The notes beneath the pieces were generated by a model. That model did no database searches. It was not told the DNA's origin and saw only the letters and a program-made list of their open reading frames with translations. Position numbers and translations under genes: made by a program. Shown piece by piece: positions 24,727 through 32,090 of a DNA stretch of 44,881 nt. The stretch comes from a virus. Position 1 is the stretch's first letter, and each line of letters begins with the position of its first letter. Location of the stretch: positions 1-44,881 of the IMG/VR virus record IMGVR_UViG_3300020202_000031; one strand, 5' to 3'.

Positions 24727-25740
24727 TTGCACATGTCAGAAGAAGGTAACGTTACATCAACCCCTGGTACTCCTGCGCCTACAGCGGCTCCGAGCGCTCC
24801 GACAGAGGCACCGTCCTCTGCGGCCGGCTCCACTCCTCAAGGCGGTGATATCACCCCTCAGGCAGCAGTGGCAGCCGCGCAGGCTCAAGCGTGGTCGCCT
24901 GACTGGAAGTACAAGTTTAACGGGCAAGAGAAGGAGCTCGATGAGTTCTTTCGTCCGCTCGCAAAGGACCCGACCTCTCTTGAGAGGCTAAAGGACTTCA
25001 TCCAGCGCGCTGATGCGTTTGATGTGAGCAAGCCGAAGCTCAAGACATACGAAGAGAAGATCAGCCAATACGAACCCGTGATCCAAAACCTCACGAAGCT
25101 CAATCAGCTCTTTGAGAAGGGTGATCACGAGCGCGTTCTCTCTGAGCTCGGTTTCTCGGACGATATGATTCTAAATCTCGCAAAAGCGAAGCTTGATCGC
25201 ATGCGAATGCCAGAAGATCAACGGAAGCTCTACGAGCAAAATACTCAAGTAACTCTTGAAAAAGAAGAGTTACTCAATCAGACTGAAACCTACAAGTCGC
25301 AGTGGGCGGAGGCTCAAGCGCAGTTAACGGAAGTCCAGCTCGATACGGAACTCGGGAGAGATTCCTATCAAGCCGTCAGGGAAGCTTACGACAAGCACCA
25401 CGGGAGTGGGGCTTTTAAGCAGCTCGTGATTTCTAGAGGAGCTGTTCTTGTTAGCCAGGCTGGGAAGCACATTCCCCCCTCCGAACTTGTGCCGATGGTC
25501 GCAAAGGAATTTGCGCCCTTCATTACGAGCCCGGCAGGCTCGGCGACGCTGTCAGGGATGCCAGCGCCCGAGACCCAACAAGCTCAGCCCCCGCAAGGGA
25601 TTGCGGTTCCGGGCACCGAAACTCCCACAAAACCAAAAGTTATTCCGCAGGTCGGACGTGGCTCAAGCTCGCCGGCCAAGACGCAAATTCGGTCACTCGA
25701 TGACCTCAAGAAAGTGCGTGCAGCGGCATTCAGTCGGTAA
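24727..25740 (+). CDS. Scaffolding protein
   Basis: Low-complexity A/P/T-rich N-terminus and a long charged coiled-coil centre. It lies between the portal and capsid genes. Confidence 0.6.
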   Translation: MHMSEEGNVTSTPGTPAPTAAPSAPTEAPSSAAGSTPQGGDITPQAAVAAAQAQAWSPDWKYKFNGQEKELDEFFRPLAKDPTSLERLKDFIQRADAFDVSKPKLKTYEEKISQYEPVIQNLTKLNQLFEKGDHERVLSELGFSDDMILNLAKAKLDRMRMPEDQRKLYEQNTQVTLEKEELLNQTETYKSQWAEAQAQLTEVQLDTELGRDSYQAVREAYDKHHGSGAFKQLVISRGAVLVSQAGKHIPPSELVPMVAKEFAPFITSPAGSATLSGMPAPETQQAQPPQGIAVPGTETPTKPKVIPQVGRGSSSPAKTQIRSLDDLKKVRAAAFSR

Positions 25741-25761
25741 GCAGTAGCATCCCAACCTAAC

Positions 25762-25792
25762 GGGATCTTCTGCCTGACCGGCAGGAGATCCC
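25762..25792 (+). promoter_or_regulatory. 13-bp-stem hairpin overlapping the capsid gene SD
   Basis: GGGATCTTCTGCC (25762-25774) pairs with GGCAGGAGATCCC (25780-25792) with one mismatch. The 3' arm contains the AGGAG SD of the ATG at 25796. Confidence 0.5.
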
Positions 25793-25795
25793 TAA

Positions 25796-27031
25796 ATGGC
25801 AACGTCCCGTAGCTTTAGCTCCATGTTGAATGAGTACCTCCCGACGGAGCTGCTCAAAGAAGAACTCCTCAAGCGCGACTGGATCCTCTCGAACGTCGAG
25901 AAGGATGACAACTGGTTGGGCGGAAACCTCGTGGTTCCCTTCCAAGGCGCCCGCGCTTCCAGCGTTGAGTTCGGCCAATTGGCTGCTCAAGGCGACATCT
26001 CCGAGTACCAGTACGTCCGCGGTAACGTTGCGGCGTACAAGGAAGTCTGGGGATCGCTCGTGTTCCAACACACCGACCTCATGCAACACGGCACGATCAG
26101 CGAGCAGAACTTCCTGAAGATGCTCCCTGACATGATCGACGACTTCATGGGCTACATGAAGGAAGTCATCTCGATCAACCTCGGCACCGGCCCTGAGTTC
26201 GCAGTCGTTTCCTCGTCTGCCGACGCAGCTACCGGCGTGTTCGTGGTTGACCGCATCGATCGCTTCTCGATCGGCCAGAAGTGCGTTCTCGACGACAACG
26301 ACAGCGGCCCGACCGATGTCTACGTCATCGGCGTGAACATCGACGACAACAAGGTGACCTTGTCTGCTACCCGTGGCGGCGCAGCTGCTAACCTTGCAGC
26401 CTACACCTCGGCACAAGCGGCGAAGTTCTACCACCCCGGCGCACAAGCTAACTCCTTCACCTCGATCCAGTCGGCTCTTCTCTCGCAAGCAGCAGGCGGC
26501 TCGGCCCAACTCCATGGCATCAGCAAGACGGCTTGGCCCTACCTCCAGGCAACCAACGTCTCGGGTGCTTCGGTCACCGCGACGAACATCGTTGAGAAGC
26601 TCTTCGATTTCTACACGACGGTTCGCCAAAAGGCTCGCGGCAACGCGAACACCTTCCTCATGAGCTACAAGCACCTTGCGTCTGTGATGAAGCTTCTTGA
26701 GACCCAAAAGGGCGGCTTCAAAGTCACCCCGACCACGCAGAACGCTTCGCTCTACGGCTGGACCGAGATCGAGATCACGTCCGTTAAGGGCGCTCTCAAG
26801 CTCGTCGGCATCCAAGAGTGGGCTGATAGCTCAATCGTCGCTCTCGACCTCTCGGCGTTCAAGTTCTACTCGAACGGCATGATGAAGAAGCGTCAATCGC
26901 CCGATGGCAAAGAGTACTTCGAAGTCCGTGGAACCACCGGGTTCTCGTACATCGTCGACGTGGCTTGCTTCGGCGAGCTCGTCTGCTTGAAGCCGTCGAC
27001 CTGCGGCGTTCTCCACTCGATCAGCTACTAA
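25796..27031 (+). CDS. Major capsid protein
   Basis: 411 aa. It follows the scaffold gene and is followed by the strongest intrinsic terminator in the window. Confidence 0.7.
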   Translation: MATSRSFSSMLNEYLPTELLKEELLKRDWILSNVEKDDNWLGGNLVVPFQGARASSVEFGQLAAQGDISEYQYVRGNVAAYKEVWGSLVFQHTDLMQHGTISEQNFLKMLPDMIDDFMGYMKEVISINLGTGPEFAVVSSSADAATGVFVVDRIDRFSIGQKCVLDDNDSGPTDVYVIGVNIDDNKVTLSATRGGAAANLAAYTSAQAAKFYHPGAQANSFTSIQSALLSQAAGGSAQLHGISKTAWPYLQATNVSGASVTATNIVEKLFDFYTTVRQKARGNANTFLMSYKHLASVMKLLETQKGGFKVTPTTQNASLYGWTEIEITSVKGALKLVGIQEWADSSIVALDLSAFKFYSNGMMKKRQSPDGKEYFEVRGTTGFSYIVDVACFGELVCLKPSTCGVLHSISY

Positions 27032-27046
27032 GTTCCCAGTTATCAG

Positions 27047-27082
27047 GGGAGCGTTCCGCGATGAGCGGGCGCTCCCTTTTTT
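27047..27082 (+). terminator. Rho-independent terminator after the capsid gene
   Basis: GGGAGCG (27047-27053) pairs with CGCTCCC (27070-27076), followed by TTTTTT. Confidence 0.7.
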
Positions 27083-27151
27083 CTTATCCCGGCACTCATA
27101 GGAGGCTTACACTATGATCACCGATCTTGGAACGAAGGGCGCTGCTCGGCC

Positions 27152-27466
27152 ATGGCGCTAATTATTAAAACATTCGCAAGAAACGTCCCAACTGCGGGGG
27201 CTCCAGTTCCCGTGTCACAGACGCGGATCTTTGCGACCTCGTTCCTGCTGCGTGCGCGCGAGGAAAACGTTGGGAAGATCTTTATCGGCGACGCTGCGGT
27301 GAATTCGACAAACGGTATCTATCTGCTGGCCGGCGAGGCTCACGACTTCTCTGCCATGCCTGTTAGCCGCGGAGTCCTTCAGGTGTTTGACCTCTCGAAG
27401 ATCTACATCACGTCTGCTGCCAACGGCGACGGCGTGATCGTGGAGTACGTCACAGAGGAACGGTAG
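27152..27466 (+). CDS. Hypothetical virion-module protein (104 aa)
   Basis: ORF in the structural block. No motif. Confidence 0.5.
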   Translation: MALIIKTFARNVPTAGAPVPVSQTRIFATSFLLRAREENVGKIFIGDAAVNSTNGIYLLAGEAHDFSAMPVSRGVLQVFDLSKIYITSAANGDGVIVEYVTEER

Positions 27467-27468
27467 CC

Positions 27469-27885
27469 ATGGCTCGCGTTGGGATTATCCCCCGATCTAG
27501 CGGCAAGTCGGCACCAGCCCCTGCAAGCCAGGCTCCTAAGCTTGTGCAGACCTTTGACACCGCTCAGGACACCACGGCAGGGAGTCTTCTTAAAGTTAGC
27601 GGCGCGAATGCCGTGGCGTCGATCTCGAGCAACGCAGTGGCAGAGATCCCAAATGGGATATTCGGTGTCGCAGTCTCTAAACCCACCTCCACCACCGTTG
27701 ACGTGCTCTTCATCGGAATTCTTGGTGGGTTCTCATCTCTCACTCCTGGTGCGCCCGTTTACGTTTCTGCTGCGGGCACGCCGACAACGACGCCTCCTCC
27801 TGGTGGTGTCCTTCAGCAGATCGGTTTCTCAGTCTCATCCACACAAATCTTTTTCATCCCTCAGCAGGCGGTTGCAAGAACATGA
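27469..27885 (+). CDS. Hypothetical virion-module protein (138 aa), possible head decoration
   Basis: A/S/T/G-rich and beta-rich sequence. Called on position only. Confidence 0.45.
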   Translation: MARVGIIPRSSGKSAPAPASQAPKLVQTFDTAQDTTAGSLLKVSGANAVASISSNAVAEIPNGIFGVAVSKPTSTTVDVLFIGILGGFSSLTPGAPVYVSAAGTPTTTPPPGGVLQQIGFSVSSTQIFFIPQQAVART

Positions 27886-28229
27886 ATTTCACAGGCGAAG
27901 AGTATTGGCGTTGGCGTAACTCAATCACTGAAATGTGGCTCGATGAGCAGAAGGTAAAAGTCGCCGAGCTCACAATGAAGCTCATGCAGAAGGAAGCTGA
28001 GCTTCACTCTGTAAAAGCACAAATATTTTTTCACACGGAAGTCGAGAAGAGGCGCTCAGCCCTTTGCGCTACACGTACAGAATACGATAAACTCAAGTCA
28101 GTACTCGAAAGTAAAATCGGTGAGTCACTCAATGGGAAGGTCATTGACGATTTCACGTATGAAGTCAGAGATCCTTCGTCACCTGACGCGCGGACGGCGG
28201 TCGCGAGCGGTCAAGGCGATGAGGGCTAA
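27882..28229 (+). CDS. Coiled-coil protein (115 aa)
   Basis: ATGA overlap. Heptad-like charged sequence. Confidence 0.45.
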   Translation: MNFTGEEYWRWRNSITEMWLDEQKVKVAELTMKLMQKEAELHSVKAQIFFHTEVEKRRSALCATRTEYDKLKSVLESKIGESLNGKVIDDFTYEVRDPSSPDARTAVASGQGDEG

Positions 28230-28252
28230 TTACCTGGGGGGGTATTAGAAAT

Positions 28253-29173
28253 ATGGCACAAGTGAAACTTCTCAAGATTGGCTCGACCGGCATTCCTACG
28301 GAGTTCGATGTCGTCAACGACGAGATCACTCTGAAGAGCTTTGCAGTCGACGGCGGGGGGCCGGTCCTCTCTGCTACGGGCCTCGACATGAACGGTCAGA
28401 AGGTCAGCGACCTTGCTGATGCGACGGCTGCTGGCGATGCGGTCTCTAAGGGGTACCTCGAGACGGCGCTTGGCGATTACATCCTCGAGACGGAGAAGGG
28501 CGCAGCCAACGGCGTTGCTCCTCTTAACGGCTCCTCGAAGATCGACGCTCAGTACCTTCCTAGCTACGTCGATGACATCGAAGAGTACGCGAACCTCGCA
28601 GGATTCCCCGCTACCGGCGAGCAAGGCAAGATCTACGTCGCTCTCAACACGAACAAGACTTACCGCTGGTCTGGTTCTGCCTACGTTGAAGTGAGCCCCT
28701 CTGACGTGAACTCGGTCTTCGGTCGTACCGGCATCGTGACCGCGCAAGCCGGCGACTACACGACCGACCTCGTCACGGAAGGCTCAAACCTCTACTTCAC
28801 GGATGCTCGCGCGCAGATGGCTGCATGGGACATGTCGTTCACGGCTGGCGAAGCGATCGCAGCTCGTGATGCCGTCTACGTGTCGGGAGCTGGCGAAGTC
28901 GGAAAGGCTGACTGCGGGACGCTCGCTAAGTCTGGCCTCTGGGGCTTTGCCAAGGCTTCGGCTTCGGCAGCCGCTTCGGTTGGCGTTCGTTCAAGCGGAA
29001 AGCTTGGTGGCTTCTCCGGTCTTACGCCTGGCGCGCGGCAGTTCCTGTCGAGCTCTGGCGCTATCACCGAGTCGCTCCCAACCGGTACGGGTAGCGTGAT
29101 CGTGCAAGCAGGTGTCGCTCTAAGCGCGACTGAGCTCGGCATCCAGATCATGCAGCTCGGCCGCCGTGCCTAA
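28253..29173 (+). CDS. Fibre-like protein (306 aa)
   Basis: NGVAPLNGSSKIDAQYLPS and GEQGKIYVALNTNKTYRWSGSAYVEVS are motifs that recur in phage tail/head fibre proteins. Confidence 0.55.
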   Translation: MAQVKLLKIGSTGIPTEFDVVNDEITLKSFAVDGGGPVLSATGLDMNGQKVSDLADATAAGDAVSKGYLETALGDYILETEKGAANGVAPLNGSSKIDAQYLPSYVDDIEEYANLAGFPATGEQGKIYVALNTNKTYRWSGSAYVEVSPSDVNSVFGRTGIVTAQAGDYTTDLVTEGSNLYFTDARAQMAAWDMSFTAGEAIAARDAVYVSGAGEVGKADCGTLAKSGLWGFAKASASAAASVGVRSSGKLGGFSGLTPGARQFLSSSGAITESLPTGTGSVIVQAGVALSATELGIQIMQLGRRA

Positions 29174-29191
29174 GGTCCACTGATTCATGCG

Positions 29192-29242
29192 CCCCCGGGG
29201 TTGGGAGTTAAGCCTTCGCCTGGCCCCGGGGGAGCCGTTTTA
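29192..29242 (+). terminator. GC-rich hairpin, weak terminator candidate
   Basis: CCCCCGGGG (29192-29200) pairs with CCCCGGGGG (29224-29232) around a 23-nt loop. Only a short GTTTTA follows. Confidence 0.4.
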
Positions 29243-29258
29243 AAGGAGATGCTGCACT

Positions 29259-29822
29259 ATGGTCGACAAGATCAAGCCCCTCAAACTTGAGTCCCCGACC
29301 GGTGGTGGCACAGAGTCCGACACCTTTCCCACTGAGGTTGATCCCACGGAGGATTTCCTCTCCGCCAAGGGAGTCGCCTTTGACGGTGGCGAGACTGTCC
29401 ATATTTGGTCCTCCAACAACGAGATCCGCTTCAAGGACTCGCTCGTCTCTGACCGCCCTCTTAAAGCTCTCATCAACGCTAAACTCCTTACGTTTACAAA
29501 TTCGGTCACCTCAGCCACCTCAACCTTCAGCACGCACATGACCTTCCCGTTTCACGGCGTCAATTCGGGCAGCCAGGTGAAGTCGATTGTGGGTGTCGGG
29601 ATGGTTGGCTCTGGCGTTACGGGCGAGGCTCGTATCTTTGATGTGACCAATAACCAAGTTATCGCTACCGGCACGTTTAACTCGGTAACTAAGACCATCT
29701 TCAACTTCTCAGCGCCCGCCAACATGTCAACGGGCGCAGCCGTCTGGGAGCTCCAACTCAGGCGCTCGGCTGGCTCCGGCTCAACTGTCGCGTCGCTCTT
29801 CTGCTTGGAATTGAGGTACTAA
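29259..29822 (+). CDS. Hypothetical structural protein (187 aa)
   Basis: ORF with SD aaaggag. Beta-rich. Confidence 0.5.
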   Translation: MVDKIKPLKLESPTGGGTESDTFPTEVDPTEDFLSAKGVAFDGGETVHIWSSNNEIRFKDSLVSDRPLKALINAKLLTFTNSVTSATSTFSTHMTFPFHGVNSGSQVKSIVGVGMVGSGVTGEARIFDVTNNQVIATGTFNSVTKTIFNFSAPANMSTGAAVWELQLRRSAGSGSTVASLFCLELRY

Positions 29823-30436
29823 TGGCAATCCTAAACAAGTATCGAGCCTACTGCCCAGCACACGGGGCGTATGTTGAATCCTGGGGTGAGGCCCCGCCAA
29901 CGGTGTGCCCTGACGGCCACCCGGTGGACGAGGCAAGCACAACGATCATCGAGTCTCTCAATGGAGAGGTGCAGAAGGTTGAGGTCACAAAGCAACCCGA
30001 CCCCTCGCCTTTCGCGCAGCCCACTTATCGCACAAAGCGTGAAGGCCGGGGCGTGATGACCGTGGCTCCCGGCGCCTCTGAGATCATCGACTACGTTCTG
30101 CCTGAGGAGCGCTATGTCTCTGGCGGGCGACTCATCGTCCAGGGAGCAAAGATCGGCGACTGGATCTCGGCTGAGATTCAGGACTCTAACGCTCTTATCC
30201 CTGAGCCCTATCGTGCCGCGACGTGTGAGGCCTGGCCGATGGTGGCGAAGTACATCATCAAGGAATTCGTGCCCGTGGCGCCCGAAGGCTGGACGAGCAT
30301 GATGGAGATCAACACCTGGCCCCTCAATGCCCGGGTTACGGCGGGCCTCGCGCTCCGAGTAACCTACCACGCAGGGAGCGAGGAAGGTGAACGCAAGGTC
30401 GCCATCAACTACTACCTCACCAAGAGGCTCGCTTAA
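29822..30436 (+). CDS. Hypothetical structural protein (204 aa)
   Basis: TAATG coupling to the upstream gene. N-terminal CPAHG...CPDGH pattern. Confidence 0.5.
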   Translation: MAILNKYRAYCPAHGAYVESWGEAPPTVCPDGHPVDEASTTIIESLNGEVQKVEVTKQPDPSPFAQPTYRTKREGRGVMTVAPGASEIIDYVLPEERYVSGGRLIVQGAKIGDWISAEIQDSNALIPEPYRAATCEAWPMVAKYIIKEFVPVAPEGWTSMMEINTWPLNARVTAGLALRVTYHAGSEEGERKVAINYYLTKRLA

Positions 30437-30437
30437 G

Positions 30438-30938
30438 ATGAAGGTCGTCTTCACGCGGAACAAGTGGCCCGTCTCGCGCCTTATCTGCTGGCTCTCAGGC
30501 GAAAGGATGAGCCACGTGGCCGTGGTGTTTGAAGACGCCTTGGTGTTCCAGTCGAATCTCTTCGGTGTGAGTGTTGGATGGTGGAGCGAGTTCAAGGCGG
30601 CGCACCATGTGGTCGCAGTCGTCGACTACCCGCATCTAGGCGAGGAGTGCGAGAAGAAGCTCTACCACGCCGTGATCGATCGATTCGTCGGCCGACGCTA
30701 CGACTTCGGGGCGCTCATCTACCTGCTCTGGCGTGGCCTTCGGTGGAAGTTCTTTAAGACGCGGCTCCCGAAGGAAAACCGTCTGGGTTCCCCGGGCGGG
30801 CTTCTGTGCACCGAGCTTGCCGCAGTCGTCCTTGAGGCCTTGGGCGTGGATGCCCCTGATAACGTGGATCTGATGAGCCCTGAGAGGTTTTTCCGGGCTC
30901 TGACTCAACCGAATCAAAAGAAGGAAGCTATCTCATGA
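30438..30938 (+). CDS. Permuted papain-fold NlpC/P60-like (YiiX/LRAT-type) hydrolase
   Basis: His comes first (MSHVAVVFED) and Cys second (GGLLCTELAAVVLE), as in permuted NlpC/P60 enzymes. The start is Met18 of the tracked ORF. Confidence 0.45.
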   Translation: MKVVFTRNKWPVSRLICWLSGERMSHVAVVFEDALVFQSNLFGVSVGWWSEFKAAHHVVAVVDYPHLGEECEKKLYHAVIDRFVGRRYDFGALIYLLWRGLRWKFFKTRLPKENRLGSPGGLLCTELAAVVLEALGVDAPDNVDLMSPERFFRALTQPNQKKEAIS

Positions 30939-31258
30939 TCGAAATCAAAGTTACGACCGGCGACGACAAGAAGAAGAAAGCGTTTGAAGACTGGGAGGTA
31001 GAGTCAGCCTCGGCAACTCTGATCCGCGCCGAGGAGATTAAGCAGGACAAGGAACTGATGAAGCTCGTCAATGAGCACGTCGAGAAGAAGCAGAAAGCCA
31101 TCTCCTCCATTGCTGACTTGAAGAAAGTGGCTAAGTCGAAGCTCCGCGAAAAAGCCCCCGAACCGGACCTAATCACTGAGGAAGATAAGGCAGCTCTCCA
31201 AGAGAAAAAACGCATCGACAAGAACCTGCGCGATATGGGGTTTAAGCCGAAGGGCTGA
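30935..31258 (+). CDS. Highly charged coiled-coil protein (107 aa)
   Basis: ATGA overlap. K/E-rich. Confidence 0.45.
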   Translation: MIEIKVTTGDDKKKKAFEDWEVESASATLIRAEEIKQDKELMKLVNEHVEKKQKAISSIADLKKVAKSKLREKAPEPDLITEEDKAALQEKKRIDKNLRDMGFKPKG

Positions 31259-31273
31259 TACAATGACTTTACT

Positions 31274-31291
31274 ACTTACGTATACGTAAGT
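31274..31291. promoter_or_regulatory. 18-bp perfect palindrome ACTTACGTATACGTAAGT
   Basis: Read directly in the 51-bp spacer upstream of the gene at 31310. Confidence 0.5.
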
Positions 31292-31309
31292 TCACAGGGG
31301 GAGAAATCA

Positions 31310-31603
31310 ATGGAACAGGCAGTTGGCGTTAAAGATACGAAAGAAGTCGTTAAGGCAATTCTCGAGCTCGTGAAGGTCTCGGCCGACTTGCTCAAGGACG
31401 GCGCTCAAGTCCAGGACCTTATCGCAGGCTACGCCGCACTGGCTGGCGATCCCGTTAAGAAAGCAGCTCTTGAAGCCGCTCTCCAAGGCATCGGAAACAT
31501 CCCCGCTGAAGTTAAAGACATCAACCTGGCTGAAGGGATCGAGCTTCTCGTCGCTGTCGCGCAAGAACTACCCGGCGTCCTGGCTGCCTTCAAGAAGGCC
31601 TAA
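31310..31603 (+). CDS. Hypothetical protein (97 aa)
   Basis: SD gggggag upstream. Ala/Leu-rich and helical. Confidence 0.45.
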   Translation: MEQAVGVKDTKEVVKAILELVKVSADLLKDGAQVQDLIAGYAALAGDPVKKAALEAALQGIGNIPAEVKDINLAEGIELLVAVAQELPGVLAAFKKA

Positions 31604-31609
31604 GTTTAG

Positions 31610-31846
31610 ATGGGTTGGCTCACTCTGATCCTCGAGGCGCTTCGTGCGATCCCGAAGATCATCCAGCTCGTTCAAACGCTGATGGAAGCTCAGCGCAAGG
31701 CTCAGGAACAGCGTCTGATTGATGAGACGCAGAAGGCGGTCAAGGATGGCGACACTCGAACGATCGAAGAGAACATTGGTAGTCCTCGTGCTGGGGCTCC
31801 TTCTGACCTCGACGGCGTCGTGCGTAGACCTTCGAAAGAGGGTTGA
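31610..31846 (+). CDS. Small protein (78 aa) with an amphipathic N-terminus
   Basis: MGWLTLILEALRAIPKIIQLV followed by a charged helix. Its 3' 101 nt overlap the next ORF in another frame. Confidence 0.4.
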   Translation: MGWLTLILEALRAIPKIIQLVQTLMEAQRKAQEQRLIDETQKAVKDGDTRTIEENIGSPRAGAPSDLDGVVRRPSKEG

Positions 31847-32090
31847 CGCTGTCGTCTGGGTTGGTGACGCGGCGAACGCTGGCGTCTACCGCTCGGTGAA
31901 GTGCACGCCCGCAGCTGAGCTTGAGGGCCTTTGCAAAGTGAAGTGTCCGAAGGACGAGTCCGAGTGCAAGGAAACCTACGAGGAGTTCCTGCCAGCGAGT
32001 CATCCTACGTTTAACCGTATGCGCGCGTTTCTCGACGACGATCTAAATCGCCTGCTCGAAGAAGCGATGAAAAAGTGCGGAGGCAAGTAA
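31746..32090 (+). CDS. Exported Cys-rich protein, possible lipoprotein (114 aa)
   Basis: MATLERSKRTLVVLVLGLLLTSTASC has a signal-like n- and h-region and ends in Cys (relaxed lipobox). There are 6 further Cys. The stop abuts the fibre gene start (TAAATG). Confidence 0.45.
   Translation: MATLERSKRTLVVLVLGLLLTSTASCVDLRKRVDAVVWVGDAANAGVYRSVKCTPAAELEGLCKVKCPKDESECKETYEEFLPASHPTFNRMRAFLDDDLNRLLEEAMKKCGGK

Noticed and set aside
27479-27919. A 146-aa ORF nearly co-extensive with 27469-27885 in another frame.
   Set aside because: It is R/S/L/P-rich, has no SD, and competes with an ORF whose start is tightly spaced after the preceding stop and whose end is ATGA-coupled to the next gene.
31610-32090. 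A confident Rz/Rz1 spanin call.
   Set aside because: The upstream protein's N-terminus contains E, R and K and is amphipathic rather than a clear TM helix. The lipobox is relaxed (T-A-S-C). The mature lipoprotein is large and not proline-rich, and the pair is 12 kb from the endolysin. I kept it as a hypothesis in the findings only.
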